Positions 19,072 through 29,486 of a stretch of DNA of 64,000 nt are shown here, one piece after another. Position 1 is the stretch's first letter. The number at the start of each line of letters is the position of its first letter. This DNA comes from an uncultured Alphaproteobacteria bacterium. Lineage in GTDB: Bacteria; Pseudomonadota; Alphaproteobacteria; Methylaequorales; Methylaequoraceae. Position numbers and translations under genes: made by a program. The stretch is from assembly GCA_902617375.1 (NCBI GenBank), contig CACMWI010000003.1, forward strand, positions 138,092 to 202,091. Direction: 5' to 3'. The notes under the pieces are model-generated. The model did not search any database. It saw nothing but the letters and a program-made list of their open reading frames with translations, and had not been told where the DNA came from.

Positions 19072-19536
19072 TTATCTTTTTGAAAATTGAGGACTTCTTC
19101 TAGCTTTATGCTTACCAAATTTTTTTCTTTCGACTTTTCTGGCATCACGGGTTAAAAATCCAGCTTTTTTTAATTTTTTTCTTAAAGAAGGATCAAAGTT
19201 TACGAGAGCTCTACTGATACCATGTCTTAAAGCTCCTGCTTGTCCAGACAACCCACCACCTGAAACTGTCGCGAAAATTTCTAGTTTATCAAGGTTATCA
19301 GTTTTAAAGAGTGGCTCTTCAAGAATTGTACTGTAGATTTTTCTTTTAAAATAGTCTTTACTTGGCTTTCCATTAACTGAAATTTTGTTGCTTCCATGTT
19401 TAATCCAAACTCTTGACACTGATGTTTTTCTTCTGCCAGTTGCATATGCTCTTCCTAGCTTATCTAGTTTTGGAATGGTTGACTCACTAATGTCTTCAGT
19501 TTCGGTAGTATTTTCTTTTAAAACTTTTTCGTTCAC
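19072..19536 (-). CDS. rpsI: 30S ribosomal protein S9
   Basis: 154 aa with the C-terminus ...[19 protein letters not shown]...[11 protein letters not shown]. Confidence 0.95.
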   Translation of the reverse strand: MNEKVLKENTTETEDISESTIPKLDKLGRAYATGRRKTSVSRVWIKHGSNKISVNGKPSKDYFKRKIYSTILEEPLFKTDNLDKLEIFATVSGGGLSGQAGALRHGISRALVNFDPSLRKKLKKAGFLTRDARKVERKKFGKHKARRSPQFSKR

Positions 19537-19997
19537 GAATTCACTCTATTTTTTCTATTTAACGCACCAAAATCAAAGATTTCTGGTTTTTGAGCCTCTA
19601 AATTGTGCTGCTCATCTTTAAAAATTCTTAAATTGGATAGTTGTTTCTTTGAAAGTGCATTGGAGGTCATCATTCTTTCAACAGCTTTTTTTATTATTGA
19701 TTCAGGTTTTGCACCTTTAATGATGTCTTTAAAATAAAGCTCTTTTAGGCCCCCCGGATAACCGGTGTGTTTATAATATTTTTTTTCTTTCACTTTATTT
19801 CCTGTCATCATAACTTTTTTAGCATTTATAACAATGACGTTGTCACCACAATCTAAGTGTGGGGTAAAAATTGTTTTGTGTTTTCCTCTTAAAATTGAAG
19901 CTATTTTTGCAGCTAATCTACCAAGAACAAGACCATCAGCGTCTATGAGATACCATTTTTTTTTTATATCTTTTTTTTTTAAACTAAAGGTCAACAT
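19533..19997 (-). CDS. rplM: 50S ribosomal protein L13
   Basis: 154 aa beginning ...[27 protein letters not shown]. Confidence 0.95.
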   Translation of the reverse strand: MLTFSLKKKDIKKKWYLIDADGLVLGRLAAKIASILRGKHKTIFTPHLDCGDNVIVINAKKVMMTGNKVKEKKYYKHTGYPGGLKELYFKDIIKGAKPESIIKKAVERMMTSNALSKKQLSNLRIFKDEQHNLEAQKPEIFDFGALNRKNRVNS

Positions 19998-20049
19998 ACC
20001 ATATGCAAAATAACTTAAAATTGTCTGGTGTCAACAGCAAAACTAATAT

Positions 20050-20364
20050 TTATGTGTTTTTACGAGCCCATAGAATGTACTCACTGTTTACTTTTTTAGT
20101 CTCCAATTGAACGATAAAAGGAATATCATATGGATGATTTTTTTTTATTAAATCTTCGATTTTTTTTTTTGTATGAAATGTTTTAATCAGAAGTATTGAT
20201 TCATTTGATTTTTTTAAGGATCCACTTTCTCTGTAATAACTTTCAACATTTTTAACAACATTTACACAAACAATCATTTTGTCACTCAGCAAAGCTTTAG
20301 CAAGCTTTTTAGATAGCTTGGCTGATCCACAGGTTGTGTAAAAAATATTAATACTTAAATTCAT
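20050..20364 (-). CDS. cutA: Divalent-cation tolerance protein CutA
   Basis: 104 aa; CutA1 fold and size. Confidence 0.75.
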   Translation of the reverse strand: MNLSINIFYTTCGSAKLSKKLAKALLSDKMIVCVNVVKNVESYYRESGSLKKSNESILLIKTFHTKKKIEDLIKKNHPYDIPFIVQLETKKVNSEYILWARKNT

Positions 20365-20370
20365 ATTTTT

Positions 20371-20449
20371 TGGTCGGGGCGACTGGATTTGAACCAGCGA
20401 CCTCCCGCCCCCCAGACGGACGCGCTAAACCAGACTGCGCTACGCCCCG
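20371..20449 (-). tRNA. tRNA-Pro (anticodon GGG)
   Basis: 79 nt. It has the 5' C-start acceptor CGGGGCG/CGCCCCG and the AGCGCAG...GGTTTAGCGC D-arm typical of tRNA-Pro. The anticodon loop is CTGGGGG, the T-loop TTCAAAT, and CCA is encoded. Confidence 0.8.
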
Positions 20450-20769
20450 TTAGATATGGCATTCCTAATCTCAAAAATTAAATCTTCTATTTCTTTAATT
20501 ATTATTCTCTTTTCAGATGAATAATTAAATCGCTTTTTTTCTTTAAAATGAAGATTTACTCCCTCAATTGAATATTTTTTTTTTTGTAAAAGATATTTAA
20601 CTTCTTTTAATATTTCTGTCTGACTATTAGAGTAGTATCTCGTCCCTCTTGGTTTCCTTATAGGCTTTAACATATCAATTTTCTTTTCCCAGAGTCGTAT
20701 AACATAGATTGGTACTTTCAGTTCTTTGGCTATAAGTCCAATTTTTTTAAGAGCTTTATTTTGATTCAC
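20440..20769 (-). CDS. MerR-family transcriptional regulator
   Basis: 109 aa with an N-terminal HTH (IGLIAKELKVPIYVIRLWEKK). It lies downstream of ihfA as in many alphaproteobacteria. The last three codons overlap the tRNA-Pro 5' end. Confidence 0.7.
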   Translation of the reverse strand: MNQNKALKKIGLIAKELKVPIYVIRLWEKKIDMLKPIRKPRGTRYYSNSQTEILKEVKYLLQKKKYSIEGVNLHFKEKKRFNYSSEKRIIIKEIEDLIFEIRNAISNGA

Positions 20770-21076
20770 TTTTTTCTGTATTTACATTTATTAAATTTAT
20801 AAGAAAATTGGAAGGTTTAAACTTTATGACATTTCTCTCAGAGATCATTACTTCTTCCTTTGTTTTCGGATTTCTTCCGATTCTTGCTTTTTTATTTTTA
20901 ATTTTGAAAATTCCAAAATTAACAATTTTAACATCTTTTTTTTTAATTAATTGTGAAGAGATAATATTAACGAATGACTCAAAAAAAAACTTACACTCTC
21001 TCTTTGACAACCCAATATTTTCATTTAGGTGAGTTACAACCTTTGCTTTTGTCAAAACTATTTTGGACATCAACAA
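20756..21076 (-). CDS. ihfA: Integration host factor alpha subunit
   Basis: 106 aa HU/IHF fold (...ARIGRNPKTKEEVMISERNVIKFKPS...). Confidence 0.85.
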   Translation of the reverse strand: MLMSKIVLTKAKVVTHLNENIGLSKRECKFFFESFVNIISSQLIKKKDVKIVNFGIFKIKNKKARIGRNPKTKEEVMISERNVIKFKPSNFLINLINVNTEKSESK

Positions 21077-21086
21077 ATTATATATA

Positions 21087-22046
21087 TCATAATCTCAAAA
21101 TACAACTACCCCATGTCAATCCTCCACCAATTGCACATAAAGCTAAAACGTCATTATTCTTAATTGTATTATTCTCGATTGAACTAGACAATGCTAAGGG
21201 TATTGAGGCTGCAGATGTATTGGCGTGAAGTCTAACAGTGCTTATGGTTTTTTGATCATTAATACCAAGTTTCTTGGCTGTACTTGAAATTATTCTTTGA
21301 TTTGCTTGATGAGGTATAAACCAATTAATATCATCAATATTCAAGTTGCATTCACTCAAAGCTTCAAGCGTTGCCTCAGATAATTTATTTACTGCTTGCT
21401 TAAAAATGTCTTGTCCATTCATTCGAATTTTTCCGACCAATTGATTTTTTGAAGGTCCTCCATCACTAAATAAGCTATCGTGCCATGAACCATCTGAGAA
21501 GAGTTTTGTAGAAAGTACTCCAGATTTACCATTGGATTGTCCTAATATAATTGCACCAGCTCCATCACCAAACAGCACGCAAGTCCTTCTGTCACTCCAA
21601 TCAACAATTTTTGATAATGTTTCAGCTCCAATAATAAGTATTTTTTTTGCTTTATTACACTTTATGAGTGAATCTGCAATTTCAAGAGAATAGATAAAAC
21701 CTGAACAGACTGCCTGAATATCAAATGCAGGAATGTTTTTCATACCTAATTGTGTTTGAACTTTTGTAGCAGTTGATGGGAATGTTTCATCTGGTGTGGT
21801 TGTAGCAAGGATAATACAATCAATGTCTTCACTTTTTAAATTAGCAGATTTTAAAGCATTTTTTGATGCCATCACGGCTAGGTCTGAAGTTAATTCATCT
21901 TTTAAAACTATATGCCTTTGTTTTATTCCAGTCCTAGTGAAAATCCATTCATCCGAAGTATCAACAAATGCAAGGAGATCTTCATTTTTCAAAACTTTTG
22001 AAGGTAAAAAATAACCATGACCTAGAATTTTAGAACGAGATAACAT
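21087..22046 (-). CDS. fabH: 3-oxoacyl-ACP synthase III
   Basis: 319 aa with the active-site Cys context AFDIQAVCSGF and the C-terminal GGGLTWG. Confidence 0.9.
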   Translation of the reverse strand: MLSRSKILGHGYFLPSKVLKNEDLLAFVDTSDEWIFTRTGIKQRHIVLKDELTSDLAVMASKNALKSANLKSEDIDCIILATTTPDETFPSTATKVQTQLGMKNIPAFDIQAVCSGFIYSLEIADSLIKCNKAKKILIIGAETLSKIVDWSDRRTCVLFGDGAGAIILGQSNGKSGVLSTKLFSDGSWHDSLFSDGGPSKNQLVGKIRMNGQDIFKQAVNKLSEATLEALSECNLNIDDINWFIPHQANQRIISSTAKKLGINDQKTISTVRLHANTSAASIPLALSSSIENNTIKNNDVLALCAIGGGLTWGSCILRL

Positions 22047-22047
22047 T

Positions 22048-23052
22048 TTATTTATATAATTCTAACTTTTTTTCAATTTGATGAATATACGAATTTTCAA
22101 TTAGTGAAACCGCGACTCCAATAGCGTTGCAAAAACCAAAAGCATCTGTACCACCGTGACTCTTTACTACTATTCCATTTAAACCCAATAAGACTGCACC
22201 GTTATATTTGCGCGGATCAATTCTAGTCTTGAATCTATTTAATGCTGGTTTTGAAAGAATGTATCCAATCTTTGAAATGAATGAGCTTTTGTATGAATTT
22301 TTTAGGAATGTAAAAATTAGTTCTGCTACACCTTCAGCAGTTTTTAAAGCTATATTTCCAGAGAATCCGTCTGTAACTACAACGTCAACAATACCTTTGT
22401 TAATATCGTTTCCTTCGACAAAACCATGAAAATTTATTTTTTTCTCAATTTTTTTTAGATCTGAGTGCGTTTGTTTAACCATCTCATTACCTTTTATAAG
22501 TTCAGAACCTACATTTAGTAATCCTATTTTAGGTTTCTGTATTCCGAGAACTGCTTGTGAAAATATGTCACCCATTAATGCAAATTGTACTAAATTATCG
22601 TTTGAACAATCAACGTTAGCACCAAGGTCTAATATCACTGTTTGACCTTTCATAGTAGGCATCAAACCAGCAATTGCAGGGCGGTTTATTCCATTTAAAG
22701 TCTTCAATACAAACTTTGATATAGCCATGAGAGCTCCTGTATTTCCAGCTGAAACAAAACCGTGTGATTCACTGTTTGATAAATTGTTGATACCAAGTCT
22801 CATACTTGACTTTTTGAGTTTCCTCAATGCTGTTACTGGTTCATCATCTGATTTTATACTTTCTTCTGTATGAAAGAATTCGGTATTAGTAAGACCAGAT
22901 TTTTTTAATTCTGGTTCAGATATATTTTGGTCCCCAAATAACTTAAACTTTACGTTTGGATAGATTTTGGATGCCATTTTAACGCCTTCTACAGTTGCTT
23001 TTGGGCCGTAATCTCCCCCCATAACGTCAATGGCCAATACTATTTCTTTCAA
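22048..23052 (-). CDS. plsX: Phosphate acyltransferase PlsX
   Basis: 334 aa, PlsX family, immediately upstream of fabH. Confidence 0.9.
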   Translation of the reverse strand: MKEIVLAIDVMGGDYGPKATVEGVKMASKIYPNVKFKLFGDQNISEPELKKSGLTNTEFFHTEESIKSDDEPVTALRKLKKSSMRLGINNLSNSESHGFVSAGNTGALMAISKFVLKTLNGINRPAIAGLMPTMKGQTVILDLGANVDCSNDNLVQFALMGDIFSQAVLGIQKPKIGLLNVGSELIKGNEMVKQTHSDLKKIEKKINFHGFVEGNDINKGIVDVVVTDGFSGNIALKTAEGVAELIFTFLKNSYKSSFISKIGYILSKPALNRFKTRIDPRKYNGAVLLGLNGIVVKSHGGTDAFGFCNAIGVAVSLIENSYIHQIEKKLELYK

Positions 23053-23066
23053 AACAAACCCTTGTT

Positions 23067-23279
23067 CTACTTTTCAGTGTCTAAATCAGTATCTTCATTA
23101 GATTCAGTTTTATCAATGATTTCTTTTCCGTCGTAATACCCGCAAGAATTACAAATATGATGAGCAAGCTTGAATTCGCCGCAGTTTGGACATTCAACTG
23201 AGTTAACTGTTAAATATGAATCATGAGACCTTCTCTTACCTTTTCTGGATGGTGTTGTTTTTCTTTTGGGGACTGCCAC
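23067..23279 (-). CDS. rpmF: 50S ribosomal protein L32
   Basis: The track ORF runs to 23339, but the L32 N-terminus AVPKRKTTPSRKGKRRSHD starts at a GTG at 23277-23279. It has a CxxC...CxxC zinc ribbon and an acidic tail. Confidence 0.8.
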   Translation of the reverse strand: MAVPKRKTTPSRKGKRRSHDSYLTVNSVECPNCGEFKLAHHICNSCGYYDGKEIIDKTESNEDTDLDTEK

Positions 23280-23356
23280 TTTATATTTTTCCTTAAAATA
23301 GTAATCTTGACTTGTACATAAAATTTCAAAAAATAACAATATTTTTTTAAAAAACT

Positions 23357-23860
23357 TTATTTATTGATGAAAAGTTTGGCTCTCCAGAAGTCTTTTTCAT
23401 CAAGTTTTTTTAAATGATTGTAATTCAAGCTTAAATAATTAATCATCAATTTTGTAACTTGAGGGCTTTTTAAATTTTTATTTATTACGTCTTTCATTTT
23501 TTTTTTTCCTTCATTCTCAAAATTATCGAATATTTCGCTAAAAGCGTATAACCTGCCATAGAAATTTTCTAATAATTTTCTAATTTTTTTTCTCAAACTT
23601 GTTTCCGAACCTCCAAGCTCTATGACCATTCCTTCAAGATCCTTTATAAAAATTTTTATTAAATATTCCAAATACTTTTCACTTAAGTTCTTTGTCTTCA
23701 TGTACCATAAGATTAAAATTAAATTCAGCTGAAAAACTTCCCGGAAATAATCAGTATCACTTCGTTCGGCGTTAAACAAATAATAAGAAACTTTTGATTC
23801 CTCAACTATTTTGTTATAAATGTTATCTAAATTTTTTTTTTTTTTATTAAAAATTAACAT
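23357..23860 (-). CDS. Hypothetical protein; possibly ubiquinol-cytochrome c chaperone (Cbp3)-family
   Basis: 167 aa, Cys-free, so not a YceD/DUF177 zinc-ribbon protein. Its position upstream of rpmF-plsX-fabH is where Cbp3-like genes sit in alphaproteobacteria. The family call rests on weak recall. Confidence 0.3.
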   Translation of the reverse strand: MLIFNKKKKNLDNIYNKIVEESKVSYYLFNAERSDTDYFREVFQLNLILILWYMKTKNLSEKYLEYLIKIFIKDLEGMVIELGGSETSLRKKIRKLLENFYGRLYAFSEIFDNFENEGKKKMKDVINKNLKSPQVTKLMINYLSLNYNHLKKLDEKDFWRAKLFINK

Positions 23861-23861
23861 T

Positions 23862-24323
23862 ATGAAATATTTTATTTATTTTTTCTTTTTTATAATATTA
23901 TCATCATGCGTATCAAAAAAAATTATAAATGGTAATTTGCCGGATGCTGATACCATTTCACTTCTTAAGATTGGACAAGATGACAAAAAATCTATCTCAC
24001 AAATTTTAGGAGAACCCTCATTTAAAGGTAGCTTGGGGGATAATGCATACTATTATGTTGGAAGTTTGAAATCAAAAATAGCATTTTTTAAATCTAATGT
24101 TAAGGAACAATATATATTAGAACTAAAATTCAGTAAAAATAATAAACTGGAAAATATTTATTTTTATGATAAATCATTATCCACAGATGTAGCAATGTCT
24201 TCACTTGAAACGAAAACAGATGGTGTAAAACAATCTTTTTTCCAGCAAATTTTAGGTAACTTTGGAGTTCCGGGCATGAAAAGAGGCGGCCCAATTTTAG
24301 GTAGTGGTAAGGCTGATGATTAA
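23862..24323 (+). CDS. bamE: Outer-membrane protein assembly factor BamE (SmpA/OmlA lipoprotein)
   Basis: Start chosen at MKYFIYFFFFIILSSC (lipobox). The body ...SISQILGEPSFKGSLGDNAYYYVG... matches the SmpA_OmlA fold. Confidence 0.7.
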   Translation: MKYFIYFFFFIILSSCVSKKIINGNLPDADTISLLKIGQDDKKSISQILGEPSFKGSLGDNAYYYVGSLKSKIAFFKSNVKEQYILELKFSKNNKLENIYFYDKSLSTDVAMSSLETKTDGVKQSFFQQILGNFGVPGMKRGGPILGSGKADD

Positions 24324-24327
24324 ATAT

Positions 24328-26427
24328 TTAAGACAACATTGACAGTAGAAGAATTGAAACAATGTTGATAATTTTTATCATTGGGTTGATAGCAGGGCCT
24401 GCAGTATCTTTGTAAGGATCTCCGACTGTGTCTCCAGTCACTGCAGCTTTGTGAGCATCCGAGTTTTTTCCACCAAAATTTCCATCTTCTATGTATTTCT
24501 TAGCATTGTCCCAAGCTCCACCCCCTGAAGTCATTGAAATGGCTACGAACAAACCTGTAACTATAGTACCGAGAAGCATAGCACCGACTGTTGTAAATGC
24601 AGGGCCAGATTCACCTGAAATAATATAGATTAAATAGTAAGTCACGAATGGGGCTAAAACAGGGAGCATTGAAGGAAGTATCATTGCATAAATTGCTTCT
24701 TTTGTTAAAATATCTACTGCCTTTCCATATTCTGGCTTAGATTTTCCAGTCATAATACCTTTATTTTCAGAAAACTGTCTTCTGACTTCGTTTACTATTT
24801 TTTCAGCTGTTCTACCTACAGCAGTCATGCCCATTGAACCGAAAAGATAAGGTAACATGCCACCTATTAAAAGACCCACAACAACATAAGGGTCATCTAA
24901 TGCAAACTTTATATCTAAGTTTGGAAAATAATATTTTAAATCTTGTGTATAAGCTCCGAATAATACTAGAGATGCGAGTCCAGCTGAACCAATTGCATAG
25001 CCTTTCGTTACAGCTTTTGTTGTATTTCCAACAGCATCGAGAGCATCTGTTGTTTTCCTAACATCTTCTGGTAAGTTAGACATTTCAGCAATTCCCCCGG
25101 CGTTATCCGTGACAGGACCATATGCATCAAGAGCTACAATCATACCAGCTAAAGCAAGCATCGTTGTAGCAGCTATGGAAATTCCATAAAGACCAGCAAA
25201 CTTATAAGATAGAACAATTCCTAAAATGATTACAAATGTAGGTAGTGCCGTGGATTGCATTGAAACAGCTAAACCTTGAATTATATTGGTCGCATGACCA
25301 GATTGTGATGATCGAGCAACCGATTTAACAGGTCCAAATTCTGTGCTGGTATAATACTCAGTTATCCAAACTATCAAACCTGTGACAGATAATCCGATTA
25401 AGGCACAATAAAATAAGTCTATACCTAAAAATGATTCAATGAAAAGATCACTATTAATAATCAACTTGTCTGCACCTACAAAAATATCAGTAACAATATA
25501 TATTAAAATTATCGAAACAAATGCTGTAATTATCAAACCCTTGTAGAGAGCACCCATAATATTTTGGGAGCCATCGCTTAATTTAACGTAGTATGCTCCA
25601 ATTAATGAAGAAATGATACAAACACCAGCGATCAATAGAGGGAACATCATAAATTTTTGCTGATCGCCGACGTCAAATAAAATAAGCCCTAGGACCATTG
25701 TACCAACAATTGTAACTGCGTACGTTTCAAAGAGATCGGCAGCCATTCCAGCACAATCTCCAACATTATCACCAACGTTATCAGCAATAACAGCCGGGTT
25801 TCTTGGGTCGTCCTCTGGAATACCGGCTTCTATTTTTCCTACCAAATCCGCTCCAACATCTGCTCCTTTAGTAAAAATACCTCCCCCAAGTCTTGCAAAA
25901 ATTGAGATTAAAGAAGCACCAAAGCTTAATGCAATCATCGCTTCTATAATTTCTCTACCCTGAGATTCTCCAAGTTTCAGATATAAAAACCAATAATAAC
26001 CAACTAGTCCCAAAAGGCCGAATCCAACAACTAAAAATCCTGTAATTGCTCCCGACTTAAATGAAATATCCAGAGCTTTGTCAATACTTTGAGTCGCTGC
26101 TTGAGTTGTTCTAACATTTGCTCTAACGGATACAAACATTCCAACGTAGCCAGCTAGTCCAGATAAAAAAGCACCAATCACAAACCCAATTGCCACATAA
26201 GGATTGTGTATTAGAAAATAAAGTAAAAGCGTTATTAAAATACCTACAATTGAAATAGTAATGTATTGCCTATTAAGATATGCTTGCGCTCCTTCTTGAA
26301 TTGCAGAAGCTATCTCTATCATTCTATCACTACCTTGAGGTTCACTCAAAATTCTCTTTGTTGTAAAGGCACCAAAACCAATTGAGAGTAAAGAGCAGAT
26401 TAAAACAATTGAAAATTCAAGAAGCAT
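24328..26427 (-). CDS. hppA: Membrane-bound H+-translocating pyrophosphatase
   Basis: 699 aa polytopic protein with [17 protein letters not shown] and DNVGDNVGD motifs. Confidence 0.95.
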   Translation of the reverse strand: MLLEFSIVLICSLLSIGFGAFTTKRILSEPQGSDRMIEIASAIQEGAQAYLNRQYITISIVGILITLLLYFLIHNPYVAIGFVIGAFLSGLAGYVGMFVSVRANVRTTQAATQSIDKALDISFKSGAITGFLVVGFGLLGLVGYYWFLYLKLGESQGREIIEAMIALSFGASLISIFARLGGGIFTKGADVGADLVGKIEAGIPEDDPRNPAVIADNVGDNVGDCAGMAADLFETYAVTIVGTMVLGLILFDVGDQQKFMMFPLLIAGVCIISSLIGAYYVKLSDGSQNIMGALYKGLIITAFVSIILIYIVTDIFVGADKLIINSDLFIESFLGIDLFYCALIGLSVTGLIVWITEYYTSTEFGPVKSVARSSQSGHATNIIQGLAVSMQSTALPTFVIILGIVLSYKFAGLYGISIAATTMLALAGMIVALDAYGPVTDNAGGIAEMSNLPEDVRKTTDALDAVGNTTKAVTKGYAIGSAGLASLVLFGAYTQDLKYYFPNLDIKFALDDPYVVVGLLIGGMLPYLFGSMGMTAVGRTAEKIVNEVRRQFSENKGIMTGKSKPEYGKAVDILTKEAIYAMILPSMLPVLAPFVTYYLIYIISGESGPAFTTVGAMLLGTIVTGLFVAISMTSGGGAWDNAKKYIEDGNFGGKNSDAHKAAVTGDTVGDPYKDTAGPAINPMIKIINIVSILLLSMLS

Positions 26428-26494
26428 ATTGATAAAAGAACCTTATAAAACAAACCTTATAACACATTAGATTTGATGATCAACGATTAATTAA

Positions 26495-27448
26495 TTAAAA
26501 ATGACTAAAACCGTATTTTTTGGGTTTAAATTCTTCACCATTACAATCAAAAATTCTTACTCCTTCTCCGCTGGAAAAATAACCTATTTTAGAAATTTGC
26601 TTTAAATTTTTGTCAATTTTTTGTTTTTTTGATAAACAAAAAAGTAATTCATAATCTTCTCCACCAGATAAAATTATTTCCCATATATCATTTATATACT
26701 TTTTATTTTTCATAAATAATTCTTTGGATGCAAATGACAAAGGTATTTTATCTAAGAAAATATTAGCCTGTTTATTAGATTGACTAGCTATTAATGATAG
26801 TTCTGCTAACAGACCATCAGAGATATCTGTACATAACTCTACATTATTTAACAGTTGTTTGCCAACGGAGAGTCTTGGTTCAGGCAGAAGTAATTTTTGA
26901 ATTAATCTTTTTTTACTTTTTTCTGAACAATTAAAAATAGAGTCATTAGTCATAAGTTCATAACCTAACCCTGCATCCCCAATAAAACCTGTAACAAAAA
27001 TATCAGAATTTGATTTCGTATAGTTTTTTTTGTGACAATAAGTATCTGTCTTGCCTAGAACAGTTAAAGATAAAAAAATTTTTTCAGAGCTACTCATATC
27101 TCCACCGTAGAGTTTTAGATTGAACTTTTTCATATCTGATTTCAATCCTGAGGTAAAAGCTTTAAACCAATCATGGACATTCAATTGTGGTAGTGCAATA
27201 TTTAAAAAAATACCATCTGGAACTGCACCCATAGCGGCTATGTCAGACAAATTTATTCTTACAAGCTTTTTTGCTAATAAACTTGGGTCTATATTTTTTT
27301 TAAAATGTTTATCTTCTATCATCATGTCTGTAGATATGACAAGATTATGTTTTTTAAAATAAGCTGCATCATTTTTTAAAAATAAAGACTCCTTATTTTG
27401 AGCAAGCGGGAGCAGGTATTTTTCAATTAATTTTTGTTCATTATTCAT
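26495..27448 (-). CDS. thiL: Thiamine-monophosphate kinase
   Basis: AIR-synthase-related fold. The true start is probably MNNEQKLIEKYL (compare E. coli ...GEFSLIARYF...), so I trimmed the track ORF (to 27487). Confidence 0.8.
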   Translation of the reverse strand: MNNEQKLIEKYLLPLAQNKESLFLKNDAAYFKKHNLVISTDMMIEDKHFKKNIDPSLLAKKLVRINLSDIAAMGAVPDGIFLNIALPQLNVHDWFKAFTSGLKSDMKKFNLKLYGGDMSSSEKIFLSLTVLGKTDTYCHKKNYTKSNSDIFVTGFIGDAGLGYELMTNDSIFNCSEKSKKRLIQKLLLPEPRLSVGKQLLNNVELCTDISDGLLAELSLIASQSNKQANIFLDKIPLSFASKELFMKNKKYINDIWEIILSGGEDYELLFCLSKKQKIDKNLKQISKIGYFSSGEGVRIFDCNGEEFKPKKYGFSHF

Positions 27449-27905
27449 GAATTTCCAGTTTCTGGTGAATTTTATCAAGAATTGCATTAATAAAGTTATT
27501 TTCTTTCTCTATATTAAAGGATTCAGCTAACATTAAATATTCAGTTATAATTATGCCCATTGAAGTTTGTGGATAGGTGATCATTTCAGAAATAGCAACT
27601 CTTAAAAGAGCTTGCAATACTTTTGGCAACCTTTTAAATGTCCAATCTTTCTGAAGATGATTAGAGATCAAATTGCAGATAAAATCTTCCTTTTCAAAAA
27701 CATTATTAAAAATTTTTTTAAAAAAAACTTTATCAAATGTTTTTTTTTCTAAATCAAAATCTGAATCAATATAAAATTTAAAATCATTCTGCGTAACAAA
27801 TTCTTTTTCAATTTGCCTTTGATCAAATCCAAAACTTTGATTAAATATTGCTTGTACAGCTAAATACCTAGATAAGGATTTTGAATGTATTTTACCTTTT
27901 TTCAT
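27441..27905 (-). CDS. nusB: Transcription antitermination factor NusB
   Basis: 154 aa all-helical NusB family, in the classic ribH-nusB-thiL order. Confidence 0.85.
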   Translation of the reverse strand: MKKGKIHSKSLSRYLAVQAIFNQSFGFDQRQIEKEFVTQNDFKFYIDSDFDLEKKTFDKVFFKKIFNNVFEKEDFICNLISNHLQKDWTFKRLPKVLQALLRVAISEMITYPQTSMGIIITEYLMLAESFNIEKENNFINAILDKIHQKLEIHE

Positions 27906-28000
27906 TTAAAAACCTTAATATTAAAAAAAAACTGAGAAATCATATTACACTAAGTCAATTTGACTATTGTTATTTAAAGATGTCCACTAAAATTATATTA

Positions 28001-28426
28001 CTATAATTTTAGGATTTTGATAAGATTGCAACAAACCATAGCAGCTTTTCCACCAAAATTTTTTTTTTTTATATCAGATCTTTCTACAGCTTGTTTCAAG
28101 TTGTTAACAGTTAAAATAGCTGAACCGAGGGGTATAACCTTTTTGTAAACAAGTGAATAAATTTCATTCATAGAAATATTTTTTACTATGTCATAGTGAT
28201 CTGTTTCGCCTTTTATAACACACCCTAGTACGATAAATCCTAGATAATCATTTTGGAATTTATGAAGTAAATAAGGAATTTCTAGTGAACCATCTACTCT
28301 TATCTTGTCAAAAAAAATATTGTTAGATATCAAATATGATTCAGCACCATTAATTAGGTTCTCCGAAATTTTAGGATAAAAATCAGAAAAAATGATTAAG
28401 ACTTTCTTAGATTTTTTTTGTACCAT
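28001..28426 (-). CDS. ribH: 6,7-dimethyl-8-ribityllumazine synthase
   Basis: 141 aa of the lumazine synthase family. Confidence 0.85.
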   Translation of the reverse strand: MVQKKSKKVLIIFSDFYPKISENLINGAESYLISNNIFFDKIRVDGSLEIPYLLHKFQNDYLGFIVLGCVIKGETDHYDIVKNISMNEIYSLVYKKVIPLGSAILTVNNLKQAVERSDIKKKNFGGKAAMVCCNLIKILKL

Positions 28427-29486
28427 TAATCTCTAATCCAAAACCATCTATTCCCACTATATTTTTTGATGATTTAGTTAACAAAATAATTTTCTTTACA
28501 CCCAAATCGAGAAGTATTTGCGCACCCACCCCATATTCCTTTAGAATTTTATTCTTACTTTTAGATAAAGTTGAAATTTTTTTTTTCATTTCTTTATCTG
28601 GATTTCTAACTATCACAATAACTCCTTGATCATTTTTACTTATAATTTCAATTGACTTTTCAAGATCTTTATTTTTTAAGTCAAGTAAATCCGAAATGAT
28701 ATTTAAACTATGCATTCTGACTAACACACTTTTATTTTTTGTAATTTTTCCTTTGACTAAAACTAGGTGTTCAGTTTCATCTATCAGATTTTTATAAACA
28801 AATAACTTAAATGTACCAAACTTAGGAAGACTTATTTCGTCACTTTTTACACATTTAACAAACTTATCTTTTTTTAATTTATATTCAATCAAATCCTTTA
28901 TTGATGACATTTTGAGTTTATGCTGTTTGCAAAATTGTTTAAGATCTTTAAAACGTGCCATTGAACCATCGTCGTTCATTATTTCACAAATGACACCAAA
29001 AGGACTTGAATCTCCATTAGCAAGTCTAGATAAATCAACAGCGGCTTCAGTATGCCCAGCTCTTTCCAGGACTCCTCCATCTTTAGCTAACAAAGGAAAA
29101 ATATGACCTGGACTAACCAAATCATTTGCTTTGGATTTTGACGAAACTGCAACTTTAATGGTTTGCGATCTGTCTTTAGCACTAATTCCAGTGGTTACTC
29201 CTTTTTTAGCCTCAATTGAGACAGTAAATGCAGTTCTGTGTCTGCTGAGATTATCGTCAGTCATAAGCTTTAAATTTAGTTTTTTAAATCTTTTTTTATC
29301 TAGTGCCAAACAAATTAATCCACGGGCATATTTTGCCATAAAATTAATTTTTTGAGGAGAAACATGTGTTGCAGAAAAGACAAGGTCTCCTTCATTTTCT
29401 CTTTTTTCGTCATCAACTATCACAACCATCTTTCCTTTAGATAAATCTTTAATAATTTGAGAAATTGGAGAAAAACTTGTTTTCAT
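28407..29486 (-). CDS. ribBA: Bifunctional 3,4-dihydroxy-2-butanone-4-phosphate synthase / GTP cyclohydrolase II
   Basis: 359 aa with an N-terminal DHBP synthase (...DDEKRENEGDLVFSA...) and a C-terminal GCHII-like domain. Confidence 0.9.
   Translation of the reverse strand: MKTSFSPISQIIKDLSKGKMVVIVDDEKRENEGDLVFSATHVSPQKINFMAKYARGLICLALDKKRFKKLNLKLMTDDNLSRHRTAFTVSIEAKKGVTTGISAKDRSQTIKVAVSSKSKANDLVSPGHIFPLLAKDGGVLERAGHTEAAVDLSRLANGDSSPFGVICEIMNDDGSMARFKDLKQFCKQHKLKMSSIKDLIEYKLKKDKFVKCVKSDEISLPKFGTFKLFVYKNLIDETEHLVLVKGKITKNKSVLVRMHSLNIISDLLDLKNKDLEKSIEIISKNDQGVIVIVRNPDKEMKKKISTLSKSKNKILKEYGVGAQILLDLGVKKIILLTKSSKNIVGIDGFGLEINGTKKI

Noticed and set aside
27449-27487. N-terminal extensions of thiL (to 27487), pdxJ (to 49786), folK (to 53324), rpmF (to 23339) and bamE (from 23820) suggested by the longest-ORF track.
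   Set aside because: The conserved N-termini of these families start at internal Met/Val codons. The extensions would overlap the upstream genes and have no homologous counterpart.
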